Assembly: GCA_964016885.1 (NCBI GenBank)
Contig: OZ024743.1
Span: forward strand, 136,462,001 to 136,526,000
Length of the DNA: 64,000 bases
Direction: 5' to 3'
From: Eledone cirrhosa
Taxonomy: Eukaryota
Positions 10,870 through 22,589 of this stretch are shown one piece after another (position 1 is the first letter of the stretch; every line of letters begins with the position of its first letter). The position numbers and the translations under genes were made by a program. Under the pieces are notes generated by a model. That model worked only from the letters and a program-made list of their open reading frames with translations. It was not told the DNA's origin and did no database searches.

Positions 10870-13550
10870 TTAGTGTTTGGTGCTTGGTGCTTGCGGTTTG
10901 ATGTTTGGTGCTTGGGGTTTGGTGTTTGGTGCTTGGTGCTTGGTGTTTGGTGCTTGGTGCTTGGTGCTTGGTGCTTGGTGCTTGGTGTTAAGTGTTTGGT
11001 GCTTGGTGCTTGGTGTTTGATGTTTGGTCCTTGGTGCTTGGTGTTTGGTGTTTGTTGCTTGGTGCTTGGTGTTTGGTGTTTGGTGCTTGCTGCTTGCTGC
11101 TTGGTGTTTGGTGCTTGGTGATTGGTGCTTGGTGTTTTGTGCTTGGTGCTTGGTGTTTGGTGTTTGGTGCTAGGGGCTTGGTGCTTGGTGCTTGGTGTTT
11201 GGTGCTTGGTGCTTGCTGTTTGGTGTTTGGTGCTTGGTGCGTGGGACTTAGTGTTTGGTGTTTGGTGCTTGGTGTTTGGTGCTTGGTGTTTGGTGCTTGG
11301 TGTTTGGGGCTTGGTGTTCGGTGCTTGGTGCTTGGTGCTTGGGGCTTGGTGTTTGGTGTTTGGTGCTTGGTGCTTGGTGTTTGATGTTGGGTCCTTGGTG
11401 CTTGGTGTTTGGTGTTTGGTGCTTTGTGTTTGGTGTTTGGTGCTTGGTGCTTGGTGTTTGGTGTTTGGTGCTTGGTGCTTGGGGCTTGGTGTTTGGTGCT
11501 TGGTGCTTGGTGTTTGGTGCTTCTGCTTGGGGCTTGGTAGTTGGTGCTTGGTGCTTGGTGCCTGGTGTTTGGTGTTTGGTGTTTGGTGCTTGGTGTATGG
11601 TGCTTGGTGCTTGGTGCTGGGTGGTTGGTGTTTGGTGCTTGGTGCTTGGTGTTTGGTGCTTGGTGCTTGGTGCTTGTTGTTTGGTGCTTGGTGCTTGGTG
11701 CTTGGTCTTTGGTGCATGGTGTTTGGTGTTTGGCGCTTGGTGCTTGGTGCTTCGTGATTGGTGCTTGGGGTTTGGTGGTTGGTGCTTGGTGCTTGGTGTT
11801 TGGTGTTTGGTGTTTGGTGTTCGGTGTTTGCTGTTTGGTGTCTGCTTTTTGGTGTTTGGTGTTTGCTGTATGGTGTTTGCTGTTTCGTATTTGGTTTTTG
11901 CTGATTGGTGTTTGGTGTTTGCTGTTTGGTGTTTGGTGTTTGGTGTTTGGTGCTTGGTGCTTGGTGCTTGGTGTTTGGCGTTTGGTGCTTGGTGCTTGGT
12001 GTTTGGTGCTTCGTGCTTGGTGTTTGGTGTTTGGTGCTTGGTGCCTGGTGCTTGTTGTATGGTGTTTGGTGCTTGGTGCTTGGTGTTTGGTGTTTGCTGC
12101 TTGGTGTCTGGTGTTTGGTGCTTGGTGTTTGGTGTTTGGTGCTTGGTGCTTGGTGTTTGGTGTTTGGTGCTTGGTGCTTGGTGTTTGGTGTTTGGTGCTG
12201 GGTGCATGGAGTTTGGTGCTTGGTGCTTAGTGCTTGGTGTGTGGTGCTTGGTGCTTGGTGTTTTGTGTTTGGTTCTTGGTGCTTGGTGACTGGTGCTTGG
12301 TGCTTGGTGCTTGTTGTTTGGTGCTTGGTGCTTGGTGATTAGTGTTTGGTGCTTGGTGCTTGGTGTTTGGTGCTTGGTGTTTGGTGCTTGGTGCCTGGTG
12401 CTTGGTGTTTGGTGTTTGATGCTTGGTGTTTGGTGTTTGGTGTTTGGTACTTGGTGTTCGGTGCTTGGTGCTTGGTGCTTGGTGCTTGGTGTTTGGTGTT
12501 TGGTGCTTGGTGCTTGGTGTTTGATGTTTGGTCATTGGTGCTTGGTGTTTGGTGTTGTGTGCTTGGTGCTTGGTGGTTGGTGTTTGGTGCTTGGTGCTTG
12601 GTGCTTGGTGTTTGGCGTTTCCTGTTTGCTGTTTGGTGTTTGGTGTTTGCTGTTTGGTGTTTGCTGTTTGGTGTTTGGTGTTTGGTGCTTGCTGTTTGGT
12701 GCTTGGTGCTTGGTGTATGGTGTTTGGTGCTTGGTGTTTGGTGCTTGATGCTTGGTGCTGGGTGTTTGGTGCTTGGTGCTTGGTGTTTGGTGCTTGGTGA
12801 TTGGTGCTTGGTGTTTGGTCCTTGGTGCTTGGTGCATGGTCTTTGGTGCTTGGGTTTTGGTGTTTGGTACTTGGTGCTTGGTGTTTGGTGCTTGGTGCTT
12901 GGTGCTTGGTGCTTGGTGTTTGGTGCTTGCTGCTTGGTGCTTGGTGTTTGGTGCTTGGTGCTTGGTGAGTAGTGTTTGGTGATTGGTGCTTGGGGTTTGG
13001 TGTTTGGGGCTTGGTGTTTGGTGCTTAGTGCTTGCTGTTTGGTGTTTGGTGTTTGGTTCTTGGTGCTTGGTGTTTGGTGTTTGGTGTTTGGTGCTTGGTG
13101 CTTGGTGCTTGGTGTTTGGTGCTTGGTGCTTGGTGCTTGGTGTTTGGTGCTGCGTGCTTGGTGTTTGGTGTTCGGTGCTTGGTGCCTGGTGCTTGTTGTT
13201 TGGTGTTTGGTGCTTAGTGCTTGGTGTTTGGTGTTTGGTGCTTGGTGCTTGGTGGCTGGTGTTTGGTGCTTGGTGTTTGGAGTTTGGTGCTTGGTGCTTG
13301 GTGCCTGGTGTTTCGTGCTTGGTGCTTGTGCTTGGTGTTTGGTGTTTGGTGCTTGGTGTTTGGTGTTTGGTACTTGGTGCTTGGTGCTTGGTGCTTGGTG
13401 TTTGGTGCTTGGTATTTGATGCTGCCTGCTTGGTGTTTGGTGTTTGGTGCTTGGTGCTTGGTGTTTGGCGTTTGGAGCTCTGTGCCTGGTGCTTGTTGTT
13501 TGGTGTTTGGCGCTTGGTGCTTGGTATCTGGTGTTTGGTGCTTGATGTTT
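10870..13550 (+). repeat. Variant-rich island of right-domain type inside the left domain (copy at ~18820-21500)
   Basis: Shares GCGGTTTGATG, GCTAGGGGC, GCGTGGGACTTAG, GATGTTGGGTCC and TCTGCTTTTT...TTCGTATT in the same order with ~58930-61250. Shares GGTGAGTAGT and TATTTGATGCTGCCTGC with ~39890-40740. Confidence 0.85.
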
Positions 13551-16500
13551 GGTGTTTGGTGCTTGGTGTTTTGTGTTTGGTGATTGGTGCTTGGTGCCTG
13601 GTGCTTGGTGCTTGGTGCTTGTTGTTTGGTGCTTGGTGCTTGGTGATTAGTGTTTGGTGCTTGGTGCTTGCGGTTTGCTGTTTGGTGCTTGGGGTTTGGT
13701 GCTTGGTGCTTGGTGCTTGGTGTTTGGTGCTTGGTGCTTGGTGTTTGGTGCTTGGTGCTTGGTGTTTGGTGTTTGGTGTTTGCTGTTTGCTGTTTGCTGT
13801 TTGGTGCTTGCTGTTTGGTGCTTGGTGCTTGGTGTTTGGTGTTTGGTGTTTTGTGCTTGGTGCTTGGTGTTTGGTGCTTGGTGCTTGGTGCTGGGTGTTT
13901 GGTGCTTGGTGCTTGGTGTTTGGTGCTTGGTGCTTGGTGCTTGGTGTTTGGTCCTTGGTGCTTGGTGCTTGGTCTTTGGTGCTTGGGTTTTGGTGTTTGG
14001 TGCTTGGTGCTTGGTGTTTGGTGCTTGGTTCTTGGTGCTTGGTGCTTGGTGTTCGGTGATTGCTGCTTGGTGCTTGGTGTTTGGTGCTTGGTGCTTGGTG
14101 ATTAGTGTTTGGTGATTGGTGCTTGGGGTTTGCTGTTTGGTGCTTGGTGCTTGCTGTTTGGTGTTTGGTGTTTGGTTCTTGGTGCTTGGTGTTTGGTGTT
14201 TGGTGTCTGGTGCTTGGTGCTTGGTGCTTGGTGTTTGGTGCTTGGTGCTTGGTGCTTGGTGTTTGGTGCTGCGTGCTTGGTGTTTGGTGCTTGGTGCTTG
14301 GTGATTAGTGTTTGGTGCTTTGTGTTTGGTGCTTGGTGTTTGGTGCTTGGTGCTTGGTGCTTGGTGCTTGGTGTTAGGTGTTTGGTGCTTGGTGATTGGT
14401 GTTTGATGTTAGGTTCTTGGTGCTTGGTGTTTGGTGTTTGGTGCTTGGTGCTTGGTGTTTGGTGTTTGGTGCTTGGTGCTTGGTGCTTGGTGCTTGGTGT
14501 TAGGTGTTTGGTGCTTGGTGCTTGGTGTTTGGTGCTTGGTGCTTTGTGTTTGGTGCTTGGTGTTTGGTGCTTGGTGCTTGGTGCTTGGTGCTTGGTGTTA
14601 GGTGTTTGGTGCTTGGTGATTGGTGTTTGATGTTAGGTTCTTGGTGCTTGGTGTTTGGTGTTTGGTGCTTGGTGCTTGGTGTTTGGTGTTTGGTGCTTGG
14701 TGCTTGGTGCTTGGTGCTTGGTGTTAGGTGTTTGGTGCTTGGTGATGGGTGCTTGGTGTTTGGTCCTTGGTGCTTGGTGCATGGCTTTGGTGCTTGGGTT
14801 TTGGTGTTTGGTGCTTGGTGCTTGGTTTTTGGTGCTTGGTGCTTGGTGCTTGGTGCTTGGTGTTTGGTGCTTGCTGCTTGGTGCTTGGTGTTTGGTGCTT
14901 GGTGCTTGGTGATTAGTGTTTGGTGATTGGTGCTTGGGGTTTGGTGTTTGGGGCTTGGTGTTTGGTGGTTAGTGCTTGCTATTTGGTGTTTGGTGTTTGG
15001 TTCTTGGTGCTTGGTGGCTGGTGTTTGGTGCTTGGTGCTTGTTGTTTGGTGTTTGGTGTTTGGTGCTTGGTGCTTGGTGTTTGGTGTTTGGTGCTTGGTG
15101 TTTGGAGTTTGGTGCTTGGTGCTTGGTGCCTGGTGTTTCGTGCTTGGTGCTTGGTGCTTGGTGTTTGGTGATTGGTGCTTGGTGTTTGGTGTTTGGTACT
15201 TGGTGCTTGGTGCTTGGTGCTTGGTGCTTGGTGCTTGGTGTTTGATGCTGCGTGCTTGGTGTTTGGTGTTTGGTGCTTGGTGCTTGGTGTTTGGTCTTTG
15301 GAGCTCGGTGCCTGGTGCTTGTTGTTTGGTGTTTGGCGCTTGGTGCTTGGTGTTTGGTGTTTGGTGCTTGGTGCTTGGTGCTTGGTATCTGGTGCTTGGT
15401 GCTTGATGTTTGGTGTTTGGTGCTTGGTGTTTGGTGTTTGGTGCTTGGTGCTTGGTGTTTGGTGCTGGGTGTTTGGTGTTTGGTGTTTGATGCTTGGTGT
15501 TTGCTGCTTGGTGCTTGGTGCTTGGTGTTTTGTGTTTGGTGATTGGTGCTTGGTGCCTGGTGCTTGGTGCTTGGTGCTTGTTGTTTGGTGCTTGGTGCTT
15601 GGTGATTAGTGTTTGGTGCTTGGTGCTTGCGGTTTGGTGTTTGGTGCTTGGGGTTTGGTGCTTGGTGCTTGGTGCTTGGTGTTTGGTGCTTGGTGCTTGG
15701 TGTTAGGTGTTTGGTGCTTGGTGCTTGGTGTTTGGTGCTTGGTGCTTTGTGTTTGGTGCTTGGTGTTTGGTGCTTGGTGCTTGGTGCTTGGTGCTTGGTG
15801 TTAGGTGTTTGGTGCTTGGTGATTGGTGTTTGATGTTAGGTTCTTGGTGCTTGGTGTTTGGTGTTTGGTGCTTGGTGCTTGGTGTTTGGTGTTTGGTGCT
15901 TGGTGCTTGGTGCTTGGTGCTTGGTGTTAGGTGTTTGGTGCTTGGTGATGGGTGCTTGGTGTTTGGTCCTTGGTGCTTGGTGCATGGCTTTGGTGCTTGG
16001 GTTTTGGTGTTTGGTGCTTGGTGCTTGGTGTTTGGTGCTTGGTGCTTGGTGCTTGGTGCTTGGTGTTTGGTGCTTGCTGCTTGGTGCTTGGTGTTTGGTG
16101 CTTGGTGCTTGGTGATTAGTGTTTGGTGATTGGTGCTTGGGGTTTGGTGTTTGGGGCTTGGTGTTTGGTGGTTAGTGCTTGCTATTTGGTGTTTGGTGTT
16201 TGGTTCTTGGTGCTTGGTGGCTGGTGTTTGGTGCTTGGTGCTTGTTGTTTGGTGTTTGGTGTTTGGTGCTTGGTGCTTGGTGTTTGGTGTTTGGTGCTTG
16301 GTGTTTGGAGTTTGGTGCTTGGTGCTTGGTGCCTGGTGTTTCGTGCTTGGTGCTTGGTGCTTGGTGTTTGGTGATTGGTGCTTGGTGTTTGGTGTTTGGT
16401 ACTTGGTGCTTGGTGCTTGGTGCTTGGTGCTTGGTGCTTGGTGTTTGATGCTGCGTGCTTGGTGTTTGGTGTTTGGTGCTTGGTGCTTGGTGTTTGGTCT

Positions 16501-19500
16501 TTGGAGCTCGGTGCCTGGTGCTTGTTGTTTGGTGTTTGGCGCTTGGTGCTTGGTGTTTGGTGTTTGGTGCTTGGTGCTTGGTGCTTGGTATCTGGTGCTT
16601 GGTGCTTGATGTTTGGTGTTTGGTGCTTGGTGTTTGGTGTTTGGTGCTTGGTGCTTGGTGTTTGGTGCTGGGTGTTTGGTGTTTGGTGTTTGATGCTTGG
16701 TGTTTGCTGCTTGGTGCTTGGTGCTTGGTGTTTTGTGTTTGGTGATTGGTGCTTGGTGCCTGGTGCTTGGTGCTTGGTGCTTGTTGTTTGGTGCTTGGTG
16801 CTTGGTGATTAGTGTTTGGTGCTTGGTGCTTGCGGTTTGGTGTTTGGTGCTTGGGGTTTGGTGCTTGGTGCTTGGTGCTTGGTGTTTGGTGCTTGGTGCT
16901 TGGTGTTTGGTGCTTGGTGCTTGGTGTTTGGTGTTTGGCGTTTGCTGTTTGCTGTTTGGTGTTTGGTGCTTGCTGTTTGGTGCTTGGTGCTTGGTGTTTG
17001 GTGTTTGGTGTTTTGTGCTTGGTGCTTGGTGTTTGGTGCTTGGTGCTTGGTGCTGGGTGTTTGGTGCTTGGTGCTTGGTGTTTGGTGCTTGGTGCTTGGT
17101 GCTTGGTGTTTGGTCCTTGGTGCTTGGTGCTTGGTCTTTGGTGCTTGGGTTTTGGTGTTTGGTGCTTGGTGCTTGGTGTTTGGTGCTTGGTTCTTGGTGC
17201 TTGGTGCTTGGTGTTTGGTGATTGCTGCTTGGTGCTTGGTGTTTGGTGCTTGGTGCTTGGTGATTAGTGTTTGGTGATTGGTGCTTGGGATTTGCTGTTT
17301 GGTGCTTGGTGTTTGGTGCTTGGTGCTTGATGTTTGGTGTTTGGTGTTTGGTTCTTGGTGCTTGGTGTTTGGTGTTTGGTGTCTGGTGCTTGGTGCTTGG
17401 TGCCTGGTGTTTGGTGCTTGGTGCTTGGTGCTTGGTGTTTGGTGCTGCGTGCTTGGTGTTTGGTGCTTGGTGCTTGGTGATTATTGTTTCGTGCTTTGTG
17501 TTTGGTGCTTGGTGTTTGGTGCTTGGTGCTTGGTGCTTGGTGCTTGGTGTTAGGTGTTTGGTGCTTGGTGATTGGTGTTTGATGTTAGGTTCTTGGTGCT
17601 TGGTGTTTGGTGTTTGGTGCTTGGTGCTTGGTGTTTGGTGTTTGGTGCTTGGTGCTTGGTGCTTGGTGCTTGGTGCTTGGTGCTTGGTGCTTGGTGTTTG
17701 GTGCTTGGTTCTTGGTGCTTGGTGCTTGGTGTTTGGTGATTGCTGCTTGGTGCTTGGTGTTTGGTGCTTGGTGCTTGGTGATTAGTGTTTGGTGATTGGT
17801 GCTTGGGATTTGCTGTTTGGTGCTTGGTGTTTGGTGCTTGGTGCTTGATGTTTGGTGTTTGGTGTTTGGTTCTTGGTGCTTGGTGTTTGGTGTTTGGTGT
17901 CTGGTGCTTGGTGCTTGGTGCTTGGTGTTTGGTGCTTGGTGCTTGGTGTTTGGTGCTGCGTGCTTGGTGTTTGGTGCTTGGTGCTTGGTGATTAGTGTTT
18001 GGTGCTTTGTGTTTGGTGCTTGGTGTTTGGTGCTTGGTGCTTGGTGCTTGGTGCTTGGTGTTAGGTGTTTGGTGCTTGGTGATTGGTGTTTGATGTTAGG
18101 TTCTTGGTGCTTGGTGTTTGGTGTTTGGTGCTTGGTGCTTGGTGTTTGGTGTTTGGTGCTTGGTGCTTGGTGCTTGGTGCTTTGTGTTAGGTGTTTGGTG
18201 CTTGGTGCTTGGTGTTTGGTGCTTGGTGCTTTGTGTTTGGTGCTTGGTGTTTGGTGCTTGGTGCTTGGTGCTTGGTGCTTGGTGTTAGGTGTTTGGTGCT
18301 TGGTGATTGGTGTTTGATGTTAGGTTCTTGGTGCTTGGTGTTTGGTGTTTGGTGCTTGGTGCTTGGTGTTTGGTGCTTGGTGCTTGGTGCTTGGTGCTTG
18401 GTGCTTGGTGTTAGGTGTTTGGTGCTTGGTGATGGGTGCTTGGTGTTTGGTCCTTGGTGCTTGGTGCATGGTCTTTGGTGCTTGGGTTTTGGTGTTTGGT
18501 GCTTGGTGCTTGGTGTTTGGTGCTTGGTGCTTGGTGCTTGGTGCTTGGTGTTTGGTGATTGCTGCTTGGTGCTTGGTGTTTGGTGCTTGGTGCTTGGTGA
18601 TTAGTGTTTGGTGATTGGTGCTTGGGGTTTGGTGTTTGGGGCTTGGTGTTTGGTGCTTAGTGCTTGCTGTTTGGTGTTTGGTGTTTGGTTCTTGGTGTTT
18701 GGTGCTTGGTGCTTGGTGCTTGGTGTTTGGTGCTGCGTGCTTGGTGTTTGGTGCTTGGTGCTTGGTGCCTGGTGCTTGGTGCTTGGTGCTTGTTGTTTGG
18801 TGCTTGGTGCTTGGTGATTAGTGTTTGGTGCTTGGTGCTTGCGGTTTGATGTTTGGTGCTTGGGGTTTGGTGTTTGGTGCTTGGTGCTTGGTGTTTGGTG
18901 CTTGGTGCTTGGTGCTTGGTGCTTGGTGCTTGGTGTTAAGTGTTTGGTGCTTGGTGCTTGGTGTTTGATGTTTGGTCCTTGGTGCTTGGTGTTTGGTGTT
19001 TGTTGCTTGGTGCTTGGTGTTTGGTGTTTGGTGCTTGCTGCTTGCTGCTTGGTGTTTGGTGCTTGGTGATTGGTGCTTGGTGTTTTGTGCTTGGTGCTTG
19101 GTGTTTGGTGTTTGGTGCTAGGGGCTTGGTGCTTGGTGCTTGGTGTTTGGTGCTTGGTGCTTGCTGTTTGGTGTTTGGTGCTTGGTGCGTGGGACTTAGT
19201 GTTTGGTGTTTGGTGCTTGGTGTTTGGTGCTTGGTGTTTGGTGCTTGGTGTTTGGGGCTTGGTGTTCGGTGCTTGGTGCTTGGTGCTTGGGGCTTGGTGT
19301 TTGGTGTTTGGTGCTTGGTGCTTGGTGTTTGATGTTGGGTCCTTGGTGCTTGGTGTTTGGTGTTTGGTGCTTTGTGTTTGGTGTTTGGTGCTTGGTGCTT
19401 GGTGTTTGGTGTTTGGTGCTTGGTGCTTGGGGCTTGGTGTTTGGTGCTTGGTGCTTGGTGTTTGGTGCTTCTGCTTGGGGCTTGGTAGTTGGTGCTTGGT

Positions 19501-22500
19501 GCTTGGTGCCTGGTGTTTGGTGTTTGGTGTTTGGTGCTTGGTGTATGGTGCTTGGTGCTTGGTGCTGGGTGGTTGGTGTTTGGTGCTTGGTGCTTGGTGT
19601 TTGGTGCTTGGTGCTTGGTGCTTGTTGTTTGGTGCTTGGTGCTTGGTGCTTGGTCTTTGGTGCATGGTGTTTGGTGTTTGGCGCTTGGTGCTTGGTGCTT
19701 CGTGATTGGTGCTTGGGGTTTGGTGGTTGGTGCTTGGTGCTTGGTGTTTGGTGTTTGGTGTTTGGTGTTCGGTGTTTGCTGTTTGGTGTCTGCTTTTTGG
19801 TGTTTGGTGTTTGCTGTATGGTGTTTGCTGTTTCGTATTTGGTTTTTGCTGATTGGTGTTTGGTGTTTGCTGTTTGGTGTTTGGTGTTTGGTGTTTGGTG
19901 CTTGGTGCTTGGTGCTTGGTGTTTGGCGTTTGGTGCTTGGTGCTTGGTGTTTGGTGCTTCGTGCTTGGTGTTTGGTGTTTGGTGCTTGGTGCCTGGTGCT
20001 TGTTGTATGGTGTTTGGTGCTTGGTGCTTGGTGTTTGGTGTTTGCTGCTTGGTGTCTGGTGTTTGGTGCTTGGTGTTTGGTGTTTGGTGCTTGGTGCTTG
20101 GTGTTTGGTGTTTGGTGCTTGGTGCTTGGTGTTTGGTGTTTGGTGCTGGGTGCATGGAGTTTGGTGCTTGGTGCTTAGTGCTTGGTGTGTGGTGCTTGGT
20201 GCTTGGTGTTTTGTGTTTGGTTCTTGGTGCTTGGTGACTGGTGCTTGGTGCTTGGTGCTTGTTGTTTGGTGCTTGGTGCTTGGTGATTAGTGTTTGGTGC
20301 TTGGTGCTTGGTGTTTGGTGCTTGGTGTTTGGTGCTTGGTGCCTGGTGCTTGGTGTTTGGTGTTTGATGCTTGGTGTTTGGTGTTTGGTGTTTGGTACTT
20401 GGTGTTCGGTGCTTGGTGCTTGGTGCTTGGTGCTTGGTGTTTGGTGTTTGGTGCTTGGTGCTTGGTGTTTGATGTTTGGTCATTGGTGCTTGGTGTTTGG
20501 TGTTGTGTGCTTGGTGCTTGGTGGTTGGTGTTTGGTGCTTGGTGCTTGGTGCTTGGTGTTTGGCGTTTCCTGTTTGCTGTTTGGTGTTTGGTGTTTGCTG
20601 TTTGGTGTTTGCTGTTTGGTGTTTGGTGTTTGGTGCTTGCTGTTTGGTGCTTGGTGCTTGGTGTATGGTGTTTGGTGCTTGGTGTTTGGTGCTTGATGCT
20701 TGGTGCTGGGTGTTTGGTGCTTGGTGCTTGGTGTTTGGTGCTTGGTGATTGGTGCTTGGTGTTTGGTCCTTGGTGCTTGGTGCATGGTCTTTGGTGCTTG
20801 GGTTTTGGTGTTTGGTACTTGGTGCTTGGTGTTTGGTGCTTGGTGCTTGGTGCTTGGTGCTTGGTGTTTGGTGCTTGCTGCTTGGTGCTTGGTGTTTGGT
20901 GCTTGGTGCTTGGTGAGTAGTGTTTGGTGATTGGTGCTTGGGGTTTGGTGTTTGGGGCTTGGTGTTTGGTGCTTAGTGCTTGCTGTTTGGTGTTTGGTGT
21001 TTGGTTCTTGGTGCTTGGTGTTTGGTGTTTGGTGTTTGGTGCTTGGTGCTTGGTGCTTGGTGTTTGGTGCTTGGTGCTTGGTGCTTGGTGTTTGGTGCTG
21101 CGTGCTTGGTGTTTGGTGTTCGGTGCTTGGTGCCTGGTGCTTGTTGTTTGGTGTTTGGTGCTTAGTGCTTGGTGTTTGGTGTTTGGTGCTTGGTGCTTGG
21201 TGGCTGGTGTTTGGTGCTTGGTGTTTGGAGTTTGGTGCTTGGTGCTTGGTGCCTGGTGTTTCGTGCTTGGTGCTTGTGCTTGGTGTTTGGTGTTTGGTGC
21301 TTGGTGTTTGGTGTTTGGTACTTGGTGCTTGGTGCTTGGTGCTTGGTGTTTGGTGCTTGGTATTTGATGCTGCCTGCTTGGTGTTTGGTGTTTGGTGCTT
21401 GGTGCTTGGTGTTTGGCGTTTGGAGCTCTGTGCCTGGTGCTTGTTGTTTGGTGTTTGGCGCTTGGTGCTTGGTATCTGGTGTTTGGTGCTTGATGTTTGG
21501 TGTTTGGTGCTTGGTGTTTTGTGTTTGGTGATTGGTGCTTGGTGCCTGGTGCTTGGTGCTTGGTGCTTGTTGTTTGGTGCTTGGTGCTTGGTGATTAGTG
21601 TTTGGTGCTTGGTGCTTGCGGTTTGCTGTTTGGTGCTTGGGGTTTGGTGCTTGGTGCTTGGTGCTTGGTGTTTGGTGCTTGGTGCTTGGTGTTTGGTGCT
21701 TGGTGCTTGGTGTTTGGTGTTTGGTGTTTGCTGTTTGCTGTTTGCTGTTTGGTGCTTGCTGTTTGGTGCTTGGTGCTTGGTGTTTGGTGTTTGGTGTTTT
21801 GTGCTTGGTGCTTGGTGTTTGGTGCTTGGTGCTTGGTGCTGGGTGTTTGGTGCTTGGTGCTTGGTGTTTGGTGCTTGGTGCTTGGTGCTTGGTGTTTGGT
21901 CCTTGGTGCTTGGTGCTTGGTCTTTGGTGCTTGGGTTTTGGTGTTTGGTGCTTGGTGCTTGGTGTTTGGTGCTTGGTTCTTGGTGCTTGGTGCTTGGTGT
22001 TCGGTGATTGCTGCTTGGTGCTTGGTGTTTGGTGCTTGGTGCTTGGTGATTAGTGTTTGGTGATTGGTGCTTGGGGTTTGCTGTTTGGTGCTTGGTGCTT
22101 GCTGTTTGGTGTTTGGTGTTTGGTTCTTGGTGCTTGGTGTTTGGTGTTTGGTGTCTGGTGCTTGGTGCTTGGTGCTTGGTGTTTGGTGCTTGGTGCTTGG
22201 TGCTTGGTGTTTGGTGCTGCGTGCTTGGTGTTTGGTGCTTGGTGCTTGGTGATTAGTGTTTGGTGCTTTGTGTTTGGTGCTTGGTGTTTGGTGCTTGGTG
22301 CTTGGTGCTTGGTGCTTGGTGTTAGGTGTTTGGTGCTTGGTGATTGGTGTTTGATGTTAGGTTCTTGGTGCTTGGTGTTTGGTGTTTGGTGCTTGGTGCT
22401 TGGTGTTTGGTGTTTGGTGCTTGGTGCTTGGTGCTTGGTGCTTGGTGTTAGGTGTTTGGTGCTTGGTGATGGGTGCTTGGTGTTTGGTCCTTGGTGCTTG

Positions 22501-22589
22501 GTGCATGGTCTTTGGTGCTTGGGTTTTGGTGTTTGGTGCTTGGTGCTTGGTGTTTGGTGCTTGGTGCTTGGTGCTTGGTGCTTGGTGCT

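Larger units (their letters stand above)
6116..22011 (+). repeat. Tandem duplication, 2 x 7948 bp (1136 monomers minus 4 bp), apparently identical; match continues to ~22468
   Basis: ORFs repeat with identical translation at offset 7948: 6157/14105/22053, 8864/16812, 10653/18601, 11255/19203, 12983/20931, 13650/21598. No difference noticed by eye. Confidence 0.95.

Noticed and set aside
21901-22489. 588-bp sub-unit = 4 x 147 bp, suggesting nucleosome phasing
   Set aside because: 147 is simply 21 x 7. Most other unit lengths (224, 518, 812, 1203, 1421, 1960) are not multiples of 147, so this is probably coincidence.
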